A stretch of DNA of 64,000 nucleotides from an uncultured Candidatus Rokubacteria bacterium. Its GTDB lineage: Bacteria > Methylomirabilota > Methylomirabilia > Rokubacteriales > CSP1-6. The position numbers and the translations under genes were made by a program. Positions 12,085-22,053 of this stretch are shown here, in pieces (the stretch's first letter is position 1; every line of letters begins with the position of its first letter). The stretch spans positions 64,001 to 128,000 of the forward strand of contig CAVVEU010000020.1 of NCBI GenBank assembly GCA_963747235.1. The letters run 5' to 3'. The notes beneath the pieces are model-generated. The model ran no database searches and was not told the origin of the DNA. It saw nothing but the letters and a program-made list of their open reading frames with translations.

Positions 12085-13386
12085 CTATTGCGCCGCGGGA
12101 CCCAGCGTCACCACGGTGGGCGCGCTCAGATAGGCTCGCGCGACGCGCTGCACGTCCTCGGCCGTCACCACCTCCACCGCGCGCACGTACCGCTCGGCGA
12201 ACCCCGGCCCGACTCCGAGCGCTTCGAAGAAGGCGTCATACCAGGACAGCCGCGCGTTGGTGCGCCGATCCAGCGCGAACTGGCCGAGCAGGTAGCCCTT
12301 GGCGCGCGTGAGCTCGGCCGGGCTCAGGGGCTCGCGGCGGATGCGCTCGAGCTCCCCCAGCATCGCGGTCTCCGCCCGGGCCTGGTTGGCCGGCGCGGTG
12401 CCGAGCTGCGTGAAGAGCACGCCGGGCCCCTCGCGCGACGGATAGGCGCCGCCCGTCGAGTAGGCGAGGCCCTGCTTGTCGCGCACCTCGGTGAAGAGCC
12501 GTCCGGCCATGCCGCCGCCCAGCGCGGTGGCCAGCACCTTCACCGCCGCGTAGTCGGCGTGTGACGTCGGCGGGGCGAGGAAGCCGGCCAGGACCTGGGC
12601 TTGCGCAGACGCCCGCACGATCACGGTGCGGTCCGCGCGCGCGGCGGCCGCGGGCAGTGTGGGCTCGGTCTCCGCGGGGCCGGTGGGGGCGCCGGCGAAG
12701 AGGCGGCTCACCTCCGCCATCACGAGGCGCGTGTCCACGTCGCCGCTCACGGCCAGGATCATGCGCGGGGCCCGGTAGAAACGCTGGTGATGCGCGACCA
12801 GGCGGGCGCGATCGATGCGCTCCAGCGCGGCGGGCCGGCCCAGGATCGGGCGGCCGTACGGATGATCCCCGTACACGCGGCTCATCAGCGTATCCATGGC
12901 CAGCGAGAACGGCTGGTCCTGCCGGCTGCGGAGCGCGGTCAGGGTGGCGCGCCGCTCGCCGTCGATCTCGGCCACGGGCAGCGTGGGCCGCAGCGCGACG
13001 TCGGCGATCAGCTCGAGCATCGTTCGCCAGTTTCGCGCGAGCGCGGTGGCGCGGATCTCCGAGTAGTCCAGGTCGGCCGACGAGCCGATGCCCCCGCCCA
13101 GGTTCTCCGCGGTCTCGGCGACCTCGAGCGCCGAGCGCTTCTCGGTCCCCTTGAGCAGCACCTGCTGGAGCAGATGGCTGATGCCCGCGTCGTCCTCGGT
13201 CTCCCAGCGCGAGCCCATCCGCACGAAGAGCGAGGCCGCCGTCACCGCGGTCGCGGTGTTCTCCCGCACCAGCACGGTGAGGCCGCCGGGGAGCTGCTGG
13301 CGAACCGGCTGCGCCGTCGCCTGCCCCGCCGCGGCCCACCCGAGGGCCACGACCAGCGCGAGAGCCGCCGCGCGCCGCGGGCTCAC
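12085..13386 (-). CDS. M16B (pitrilysin-family) peptidase, non-catalytic subunit, with signal peptide
   Basis: GTG start overlaps the upstream stop. Signal peptide MSPRRAAALALVVALGWAAAGQATA. HXXEH is degenerate (HLLQQ). C-terminal RLFTEVRDKQGLAY R/Y motif is retained. Confidence 0.85.
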   Translation of the reverse strand: MSPRRAAALALVVALGWAAAGQATAQPVRQQLPGGLTVLVRENTATAVTAASLFVRMGSRWETEDDAGISHLLQQVLLKGTEKRSALEVAETAENLGGGIGSSADLDYSEIRATALARNWRTMLELIADVALRPTLPVAEIDGERRATLTALRSRQDQPFSLAMDTLMSRVYGDHPYGRPILGRPAALERIDRARLVAHHQRFYRAPRMILAVSGDVDTRLVMAEVSRLFAGAPTGPAETEPTLPAAAARADRTVIVRASAQAQVLAGFLAPPTSHADYAAVKVLATALGGGMAGRLFTEVRDKQGLAYSTGGAYPSREGPGVLFTQLGTAPANQARAETAMLGELERIRREPLSPAELTRAKGYLLGQFALDRRTNARLSWYDAFFEALGVGPGFAERYVRAVEVVTAEDVQRVARAYLSAPTVVTLGPAAQ

Positions 13387-14732
13387 TGCGCGCGACCCCG
13401 CGGGACGAAGGCCAGCCGCGCGTAGGCGTCGGTGAGGTAGCGGCGCGCCGCCTCCTGCACCTGCGCGCCCGTCACCGCGCGCACGCGGTCCAGGTAGGCG
13501 CGCTCGGCCTCCAGGCTCCAGGTGGTCTCGGCGCGGCCGTACGCCAGCGCCAGGCCTTCCACCGTCTCGCGCGAGAACTCGCGCTGGGCCTCGGAGGCGG
13601 TGATCGAGCGGGCCAGCTCCTCCGGCGTCACGCCGTCCGCCTGGATGCGGCGGATCTCGGCCAGGATGCCGCGCTCCACCGCCTCCTGGTCCGCGCTCTC
13701 GAGCTGCGCGGTCACGCCCACCGCGCCCGCGCCCTGGAGCGCGCCGTACCAGCCGCTGATCCCGGACACCAGCCGCGCCTTCTCGCGCAGGGCCTGGTTG
13801 AGCCGCGAGCTGCGCGAGCCGCCCAGGATGTGGCTCAGCACGTCCACCGCCGGCATGTCGGGATGACCGAGCGGCGGCGCCAGCCACGCGAGGCCGAGCT
13901 GCGTCTGGCGCTCCGGACGCTCCACCGATCGGGTGCGCACGCCGTCCAGCGGCGCCGGCGCGGGCACCGCCGGCCGGGTGTAGCCGGCCCGGGGAATCGC
14001 GCCGAACGCGGCGATCGCGGCGGCGCGGACCTCCGCCGGGTTGACGGGACCGACCACGACCAGGGCCATGTTCTCCGGGACGTAGTGGCGCTTGTAGTAC
14101 CCGCGCAGGGTCTCCTGGGTGGCGCCCCGCAGGTCTCCCGCGTCACCCAGCACGGAGCGCCCGTAGGGGTGGCCCTGGTAGAGCACGCTGTAGAGCTGGC
14201 GGCCCAGGGACGACCGCGGATTGTCCTCGTTCAGCCGCACTTCCTCGAAGACCACGTCGCGCTCGCGCGTGAGCTCGGTCGGATCGAACACGGAGTTGAG
14301 CACCATGTCCGCGATCAGGGAGATTCCGGGCACCGTGCGCGTCGCGGGCAGCAGCAGGTAGTAGAAGGTGTAGTCGTTCGATGTGCCCGCGTTGGTGCGC
14401 CCGCCCACCGCCTCGACGTCGCTCTCGACGAATCCGCGCGGCCGCGTCGCGGTTCCCTTGAAGAGCATGTGCTCCGCGAAGTGCGAGAAGCCGCGCTCGC
14501 CGATCGCCTCGTCGCGCCCGCCCACGCCGGTCCAGAGATGAATCGCGACCGTGGCCGCGGCGCGGTGCTCCTGGATGATGAGCCGCATGCCGTTGGGGAG
14601 CACCTCGCGGATGGGCGCGGGCAATCCACGCGCCCCCGGCGCGGGCGGTGCCGTCACGCATCCACCGAGCGTATATAGGAGGAAGGCGATCGCGCAGACG
14701 CGTACGGCGCATCTGCCGATGGAGGGGGTCAT
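13383..14732 (-). CDS. M16B peptidase, catalytic subunit, predicted lipoprotein
   Basis: Lipobox LGGC after a hydrophobic stretch, LPNGMRLI, intact HFAEH zinc motif, NAGTS, ERDVVFEE. Confidence 0.88.
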   Translation of the reverse strand: MTPSIGRCAVRVCAIAFLLYTLGGCVTAPPAPGARGLPAPIREVLPNGMRLIIQEHRAAATVAIHLWTGVGGRDEAIGERGFSHFAEHMLFKGTATRPRGFVESDVEAVGGRTNAGTSNDYTFYYLLLPATRTVPGISLIADMVLNSVFDPTELTRERDVVFEEVRLNEDNPRSSLGRQLYSVLYQGHPYGRSVLGDAGDLRGATQETLRGYYKRHYVPENMALVVVGPVNPAEVRAAAIAAFGAIPRAGYTRPAVPAPAPLDGVRTRSVERPERQTQLGLAWLAPPLGHPDMPAVDVLSHILGGSRSSRLNQALREKARLVSGISGWYGALQGAGAVGVTAQLESADQEAVERGILAEIRRIQADGVTPEELARSITASEAQREFSRETVEGLALAYGRAETTWSLEAERAYLDRVRAVTGAQVQEAARRYLTDAYARLAFVPRGRAQ

Positions 14733-14840
14733 TGCGGCTACACGGTACCAGAGCCCAAGACAGTTTGCCGGGTCATCTGTCGGGGCCATGCCGGGCAGAA
14801 CGCCCTCGTGGCCCCGGTGGCCGATCGGAGGCCGAAGCCT

Positions 14841-14853
14841 TAAGGTATTGAAA
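14841..14853. promoter_or_regulatory. Putative IHF-binding site
   Basis: Reverse strand TTTCAATACCTTA matches WATCAANNNNTTR with one mismatch. It lies in an AT-rich patch about 30-45 nt upstream of the -24 element. Confidence 0.45.
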
Positions 14854-14881
14854 CTATGGACTAGTTGGACTCTGAAACCCT

Positions 14882-14898
14882 CTGGCATTGCCGGTGCA
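14882..14898 (+). promoter_or_regulatory. Sigma-54 (-24/-12) promoter for the repeat-protein gene
   Basis: CTGGCA-TTGCCGG-TGCA has exact GG-N10-GC spacing, about 105 nt upstream of the ATG at 15005. Confidence 0.65.
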
Positions 14899-15004
14899 TC
14901 CTATGGCTGCGAGTTGGGGCCCCAGGGGGCCGGGAGAAGAAACCCAAGTGGGACGCGCAGTGAGCAAGAAGTCAGAAACGCAGTCAGAAAGGATGGAAAC
15001 GACG

Positions 15005-16188
15005 ATGAGAAAGTTCCTTGCAGCGACGATGAGTGTAGTGACGGTCTTCTCCCTCTCGGCCACGGTCGGGATGGCGCAGACCACGTCCTGCCCCGAGGTG
15101 GCGTCGGCGAAGGCGATGCTGACGCAGACCGCGAAGAGCCAGGACGTCCAGGCGCCCCGCTCGCTGGCGGGTGCCCGGTCGCAGGACGTGCAGGCCCCGC
15201 GTAGCCAGGACGTCCAGGCGCCCCGCTCGCTGGCGGGTGCCCGGTCGCAGGACGTGCAGGCGCCGCGTAGCCAGGACGTGCAGGCCCCGCGCGGTCAGGA
15301 TGTGCAGGCTCCTCGCGGTCAGAACATCCAGGCTCCTCGCGCCCAGGACGTGCAGGCGCCGCGTGGCCAGGATGTGCAGGCTCCTCGCGGTCAGGACATC
15401 CAGGCTCCGCGTAGCCAGGATGTGCAGGCTCCCCGCGTCAGGACTAGCGGGTGCCCGCGTCGCAGGACGTGCAGGCTCCTCGCGCCCAGGACGTGCAGGC
15501 GCCGCGTGGCGGTCGGCAGGACGTGCAGGCTCCTCGCGGCCAGGACATCCAGGCGCCGCGTGGTCAGGATGTGCAGGCTCCTCGTGGTCAGAACATCCAG
15601 GCTCCTCGCGCGCAGGACGTCCAGGCGCCGCGTGGCCAGGACATTCAGGCCCCGCGTGGTCAGGACGTGCAGGCTCCTCGTAGCCAGGACGTGCAGGCTC
15701 CTCGCGGTCAGAACATCCAGGCTCCTCGCGCCCAGGACGTGCAGGCGCCGCGTGGTCAGGATGTGCAGGCTCCTCGCGGTCAGGACATCCAGGCGCCGCG
15801 TGGCCAGGATGTGCAGGCTCCTCGCGGTCAGAACATCCAGGCTCCTCGCGCCCAGGACGTCCAGGCTCCTCGCGGCCAGGACGTGCAGGCGCCGCGTGGC
15901 CAGGACGTGCAGGCTCCTCGCGGTCAGAACATCCAGGCTCCTCGCGCCCAGGACGTGCAGGCGCCGCGTGGTCAGGATGTGCAGGCTCCTCGTGGTCAGA
16001 ACATCCAGGCTCCTCGCGGCCCAGGACGTGTCCAGGCCCCGCGTGCCCAGGATGTGCAGGCTCCCCGCTCTGCCGAGTTCAAGAAGGCTTCTGGTCTCGT
16101 GACCGAGGCCGAGGCGGCGTGCAAGGCCGGCAACTCGACGCTGGCGGCTGACAAGGCCAAGGCGGCGATGGAGATGCTGAAGAAGTAG
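15005..16188 (+). CDS. Secreted tandem-repeat protein, about 36 x Q(D/N)(V/I)QAPR(G/A/S), flanked by two single-Cys helical segments; one net frameshift near 15437-15460
   Basis: SD-like AAAGGA at 14988. Signal peptide MRKFLAATMSVVTVFSLSATVGMA, then QTTSCPEVASAKAML, repeats (11 in ORF 14888..16102, 25 in ORF 15451..16188), and C-terminus SAEFKKASGLVTEAEAACKAGNSTLAADKAKAAMEMLKK. Confidence 0.85.
15140..16068 (+). repeat. Coding tandem repeat, 24-nt unit (e.g. CAGGACGTGCAGGCTCCTCGCGGT), about 36 copies
   Basis: Directly visible. Variation is mostly synonymous (GCT/GCG/GCC, CCT/CCG/CCC, CGC/CGT). Confidence 0.95.
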
Positions 16189-16206
16189 CAGTTCGACGAC
16201 GCAACC

Positions 16207-16245
16207 AACGGCCCCGGGGCGAATCCCCCGGGGCCGTTTCTTTTT
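16207..16245 (+). terminator. Intrinsic terminator of the repeat-protein gene (possibly bidirectional with phnE)
   Basis: AACGGCCCCGGGG-cgaatc-CCCCGGGGCCGTT followed by TCTTTTT. Confidence 0.85.
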
Positions 16246-16258
16246 GTGGCGATCGCGG

Positions 16259-17007
16259 TCAGACGAGGCGGGCCCGGAGCCGGGACGACGCGAAGTCCAC
16301 GATCATCACCAGCCCGATCAGCACGAGCAGCACGGTGGCCGCCGCGGGATAGTTCAGGAGCCGCAGGTAGGTCTGGATGTAGAAGCCGATGCCCCCTGCC
16401 CCCACGAAGCCCAGGACCGCCGCCGCCCGGATGTTCGTCTCGAAGCGATACAGCGTGAAGGACAGGAACTGCGGCACGAGCTGCGGGAGCACGCCCCAGC
16501 GCAGCACCTGCAGCGTCGTGGCGCCCGTCGCCCGCACCGCCTCCACCGGCCCCGGCTCGATGGCCTCGATGGCCTCGGAGTACAGCTTGGCCAGCACGGT
16601 CGCCGTGTAGACCAGGACCGCCAGCACGCCCGGGAACGGGCCGAGCCCGACCGCGGCCACGAAGAAGAGCGCGTAGACCAGCGTGTCCACCGCGCGGAAC
16701 GCATTGAGCAGGCTGCGCGCCCAGTAGAAGAGCCAGGGCGGCGCCGCGTTGCGCGCGGCCGCGAAGCCCAGCGGCAGCGCGAGCACCGCCGCCACCGCGG
16801 TGCCCACCACCGCGATCTGGATGGTCTCCACGGCCCCGCGCAGCGCGTTGCCCAGCACCGAGAGATCGGGCGGGACCATGCGACGCAGGAAGTCCCACAT
16901 GAAGGGAAGGCCCTCGATCAGGCGGCCCAGCGAGACTTCGGTCTCCACCGCCGACCAGGCGATGGCCCCCAGGATGACCACCCACGCCGCCCATCGGCTC
17001 CCGCGGC

Positions 17008-17011
<4 letters not shown>
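16259..17011 (-). CDS. phnE: Phosphonate/phosphite-type ABC transporter permease
   Basis: ETIQIAVVGT, AAVGLGPFPGVLA, AKLYSEAIEAI, LYRFETNIRAAAVLGFVGAGGIG. Confidence 0.9.
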
Positions 17012-17750
<739 letters not shown>

Positions 17751-17754
<4 letters not shown>

Positions 17755-18080
17755 CGGCGGCCGGCGGTGAAGTGGAAGTGGACGTGGTAGACCACCTGCC
17801 CGCCCTCGGGCCCCGTGTTGCAGGACACGCGATAGCCGCGCTCGGCGTAGCCGGTGCGCTCGCCCAGCAGTCGCGCCACCTGCATGCACCGGCCGATCAC
17901 CTCGGTGTCACCGGGCTCGAGCCGCGCGAGGGACTCGATGTGGCGCTTCGGGACGATCAGCAGGTGGATCGGCGCCTTCGGGTACAGATCCCGGAACGCC
18001 AGGACCTGATCGTCCTCGTACTCGATCTCGGCGGGACTCTCCTTCGCGGCGATGCGGCAGAAGACGCAGGTCTGGGTCAC
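17751..18080 (-). CDS. Histidine triad (HIT/Hint) nucleotide-binding protein
   Basis: CVFCRI, PKAPIHLLIVPKRH, GGQVVYHVHFH. GGAGG SD before the GTG. Confidence 0.92.
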
Positions 18081-18152
18081 GGGGCCTCCCGGCTCGTGTA
18101 TAATCCTTGACGCCACGCCATCCTGTCAGCGAATCCGTTGGAGGACAACGAC

Positions 18153-18274
18153 ATGGGTACCTGTCCCAAGTGCAAGCTGCGCATCCGAAAGAACGGCAAC
18201 CACATCAAGCTGGGCTCGGTCTGGCGCCACAAGATGTGCCCGCCAAGCCCGGCCGCGCCGCCAAGAGCGCCTAG
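18153..18274 (+). CDS. Small basic zinc-finger protein (about 40 aa, CxxC-x18-HxxC); probable 1-nt indel near 18242
   Basis: GGAGG SD then ATG gives MGTCPKCKLRIRKNGNHIKLGSVWRHKMCP. After a frameshift it continues KPGRAAKSA to TAG at 18272-18274. Confidence 0.55.
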
Positions 18275-18392
18275 CTTCCCTCCCCGCTCCATCAGCACAG
18301 TCTCACCGCCGCTGGTCAGGGTAGCCGAAACCGGGCGAGGGTGGGAAGAGCCGTCCAGCGCATCGCGACACGTCCCGACGAGGAGGCCCGGC

Positions 18393-19411
18393 ATGACGGT
18401 CCGGCTCATCGCGCTTCTCCTGCTCGCCACCCTCGTCTCGGTCGGGCTGCCGGCGCCCGCCGGGGCCCAGGCGGTGGGCGACGTCTTCCGGAAGGTGAGC
18501 CCTTCCGTCGTCGTGATCCGATCCAGGGGGCGGGACGTCTCCGCGTCCGGCCAGGTCCGCTTCGGAGAGATCGGCTCCGGCGTGCTGATCTCGGCGGACG
18601 GCAAGGTGATGACGGCGGCCCACGTCGTCCACGCGATGGACGAGATCAACGTGGAGTTCATCGGAGGCGAGACGGTGCCGGCGCGGGTCGTCGCCTCCGA
18701 GCCCGCCGCCGACCTCTCGCTGCTCCAGCTCGATCGCGTGCCCGCCGACGTCCGCGTCTCTCGCCTCGCCGATTCGCGCACCGTCCGCGTGGGCGACCAG
18801 GTGCTGGTCGTGGGCGCGCCGTACGGGCTCGCCTACTCGCTGAGCGTCGGCTACGTCAGCGCCCGCTGGCCGCCGAACAGCGTGTACCCGGCCTTCCCGC
18901 TGGCCGAGTTCTTCCAGACCGACGCCACGATCAACACCGGCAACTCCGGCGGCCCTCTGTTCAACCTGGCGGGTGACGTCATCGGGATCGTGAGCCACAA
19001 CATCTCGAAGGGCGGCGGCAGCGAGGGGCTCGGCTTCGTGGTGACGATCAACACCGCCAAGGATCTCCTGCTCGCCCGGCGCTCCATCTGGAGCGGACTC
19101 GAGGGCCACACCCTGTCGGGGGACCTGGCCGCGATCTTCAACCTGCCCCAGCCCGAGGGCTTCCTGGTCAAGACGGTGGCCAAGGGCTCGCCCGCCGCGG
19201 AGGCGGGGATTCGCGGCGGCAACCGGACCGCGGTCATCGACGGCCAGACGCTGGTGGTCGGCGGCGACGTCCTGCTCGCGGTGGAGGGCATCCCGGCCGG
19301 AAACCTCGCCGACTACAACCGGATGCGCGAGCACTGCAGACGCTGCCGGGGCGCCTCAGTGACGGTGCTGCGGGCCGGCGCGTGCTGAACCTGGTCGGCA
19401 AGGCGCCCTGA
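18393..19411 (+). CDS. HtrA/DegP-like trypsin serine protease with PDZ domain (C-terminus probably frameshifted)
   Basis: AGGAGG SD, signal peptide, GSGVLI, TAAHVV, DLSLL, QTDATINTGNSGGPL, PDZ VAKGSPAAEAGI. Confidence 0.88.
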
Positions 19412-19728
19412 CCGCGGCCGGGTTCGCGAAGTCGCGTACCCGCCGGAAGCACCGGCCGCCTGACGCTCTGGCGCTCGAATCGGGCTGAGGTCGGCTGGGG
19501 AGGCCGGCGGATCAGCGGCGTGTGCGCCGAGACCAGCGCAGTCACTACGCCGGCGCCAGCATCCGCGCCGGCCGGGTCGCGGGAGGGCGGTCCCCAACGC
19601 AGACGATCACCGCTCGTCCGCGAACGCGCGTGGCGTCGACCGGGCCCGACCCGGAGATCGAAGGGCCGGGGAGCATGGCGCTCCACTCGGCCTCGCGCCC
19701 GGACGCCACTCCGCAGCGGACCTCTAAA

Positions 19729-19804
19729 TGGTGGAGGGTAAGGGAGTCGAACCCTCGACCTCGGCGTTGCGAACGCCGCGCTCTCCCAACTGAGCTAACC
19801 CCCC
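19729..19804 (-). tRNA. tRNA-Ala(CGC)
   Basis: Reverse complement GGGGGGTTAGCTCAGTTGGGAGAGCGCGGCGTT-CGC-AACGCCGAGGTCGAGGGTTCGACTCCCTTACCCTCCACCA: 76 nt, G3-U70 Ala identity pair, encoded CCA. Confidence 0.95.
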
Positions 19805-19870
19805 GTCAGACCGGCCCATTGTACTCGGCCGGCCCCCATCCGACAAGCCCGGCGACGGCCTCGTCGCGCC

Positions 19871-20680
19871 TCAGCTCTTGGGTGGCTGCGGATCGGCGCC
19901 GAACGCCCGCAGCAGCGGGGTGAAGAGGTCCAGCGGCAGCGGGAAGAAGGTCGTGGTGTTCCGCTCGGAGGCCACCTCCCGCATCGTCTGGAGATAGCGG
20001 AGCTGCACCGCGATCGGGAAGCGCATCAGCACCTCGGCGGCCTCGCCCAGCTTGGCGGCGGCCTGGAACTCGCCCTCCGCGTTGATCACCTTGGCGCGCC
20101 GCTCGCGCTCGGCCTCGGCCTGCTTGGACATGGCGCGCTGCATGTCCTGCGGCAGGTCCACGTTCTTCACCTCGACGGCGGCCACCTTCACGCCCCACGG
20201 GCTCGTGTGCTGGTCGATGATCCGGGTCAGCTCCTCGTTGATCTTCTCCCGGCGCGCCAGGAGATCGTCCATCTGCTGCTGGCCCAGCACGCTCCGCAGC
20301 GTGGTCTGCGCCATCTGGGAGGTCGCGTAGAGATAGTCCTCCACGCTGATGACCGCCTTGGCCGCGTCGAGCACGCGGAAGAAGATCACCGCGTTCACCT
20401 TCATCGACACGTTGTCGCGCGTGATCACGTCCTGGGGCGGCACGTCCATGGTGATCGTGCGGAGGCTCACCTTGACCATCTTGTCGATGAACGGGATCAG
20501 GAGCACGAGGCCCGGGCCGGTGCCGTCGCCCCCGGGGTTGAAGATCGCGTTGGTCCGCCGGCCGAAGCGGAAGATGACGCCCCGCTCGTACTCCCGCAGG
20601 ATGCGGAACGAGGAGAAGAAGATGTAGAGCAGGATGATCGCGACCGGGATGATGCCGAAGAGGAGCTGGATGCCTTCCAT
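19871..20680 (-). CDS. SPFH/stomatin-like (slipin) protein
   Basis: [63 protein letters not shown]. Confidence 0.93.
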   Translation of the reverse strand: MEGIQLLFGIIPVAIILLYIFFSSFRILREYERGVIFRFGRRTNAIFNPGGDGTGPGLVLLIPFIDKMVKVSLRTITMDVPPQDVITRDNVSMKVNAVIFFRVLDAAKAVISVEDYLYATSQMAQTTLRSVLGQQQMDDLLARREKINEELTRIIDQHTSPWGVKVAAVEVKNVDLPQDMQRAMSKQAEAERERRAKVINAEGEFQAAAKLGEAAEVLMRFPIAVQLRYLQTMREVASERNTTTFFPLPLDLFTPLLRAFGADPQPPKS

Positions 20681-20699
20681 GTGCGGCCTCCTGAGAGTG

Positions 20700-22022
20700 C
20701 TAGGGGCGCTGCGCCGACCTGGTGACCTTGAGCGTGAGGCCATCGATGGCCGCGACCTTGACGGACTCGCCCGCCGCCACGGTGCCGTCCTGGCTCAGCG
20801 CCCGCCACAGCTCGCCGTCGATCATCACCTGCCCCTCGGGCGCCAGCGCCGACCGCGCCACCCCGAGCCGCCCCACCATGGCGGATTCGCCGGTCACCGA
20901 GGGCCGGTAGAGCGCGCGGATGCCCATGGACACCGCGAAGAAGACCAGCGCCGCGGTCGTGCCCACCGTGGGAATCACCACGTACCAGGACAGCCGGATC
21001 CCGGTCGTCTCGGGCGAGTCGTAGAGCATGAGGGAGCCGAGCAGCATGGCGACCACGCCGCCGATCGCGAGGACGCCGTGGCTCACCACCTTGACCTCGG
21101 CGATGAGCAGCACCACGCCGAAGAGAAGCAGCAGGAGGCCGGCCCAGTTCACCGGCAGGCTCTGGAAGGCGTAGAAGGCCAGGATCAGGCAGATGCCGCC
21201 GATGACGCCGGGCAGGATCGCGCCCGGGTTGGACAGCTCGAAGAAGATGCCCGAGCATGCCCGCCATCATCAGCAGGTAGGCGATGTTGGGGTCCGAGAT
21301 CAGGGCGAGGAACCGGTCGCGGAAGCGCACCTCGATGACCTTGACCGGCGCGTCCTTGGTGGCGAGCGTGACCTGGCCGCGCGTGGTCTTGACGGCGCGG
21401 CCGTCGATCTGGGTCAGGAGATCCGGCACGCTCTCGGCCACCAGGTCCACGATCTTGAGCTTGACCGCCTCGCGCTCGGTGGCCGAGACCGACGAGCGCA
21501 CCGCCTTCTCGGCCCACTCCGCGTTGCGCCCCCGCTCGGTGGCGATGGTGCGCGCGAAGGCGGCCGCGTCGTTCTCGACCTTCTTGATCATCTCCTTGTC
21601 CCCGCCCCCGCCCACCGCCACCGGGTGCGCGGCCCCGATGTTCGTGGCGGGCGCCATCACGGCCACGTGCGCGGCCATCGTGATGAAGACTCCGGCGGAG
21701 GCGGCGCGCGCGCCACCCGGCGCGACGTAGACGATGACCGGGATCGGCGAGCCCAGGATGCTCTGCACCATCGAGCGCATGGAGCGCTCGAGCCCGCCCG
21801 GCGTGTTGAGCTGCACGATCGAGGGCCTGGGAGCCTTCGGCCTGCGCCCGGTCGATCGCGCTCGCCGAGCAGGCGGACCGTGACCGGGGTGATCGCGGAA
21901 TCCAGCTCGATCAGCGACACGGATTGAGCCGCGGAGGCCGGGCCGGCGAGGGAGAGCAGCGCGGCGGAGGCCAGCAGGATGGCGACGGCGACGAGGAGAG
22001 GCCGGTTGATGGCCGATCTCAC
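20700..22022 (-). CDS. nfeD: NfeD-family membrane protease (ClpP-like domain, TM domain, OB fold); frameshifted
   Basis: [27 protein letters not shown]-terminal [16 protein letters not shown], spread over three frames. Lies upstream of slipin. Confidence 0.85.
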
Positions 22023-22053
22023 GCGCGTCATCTTAGCACGCGCGGGACGCGCC

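Noticed and set aside
15140-16068. 24-nt periodic array as a CRISPR array
   Set aside because: Units are contiguous with no unique spacers, variation is mostly synonymous in one reading frame, the ORF has a signal peptide, and no cas genes are present.
18138-19388. Zinc-finger-HtrA fusion
   Set aside because: HtrA has its own AGGAGG SD and signal peptide at 18393, and the intervening translation is low-complexity.
19412-19804. tRNA-Ala as the attachment site of an integrated element
   Set aside because: No integrase, no duplicated tRNA 3' end seen in the window, and no compositional shift.
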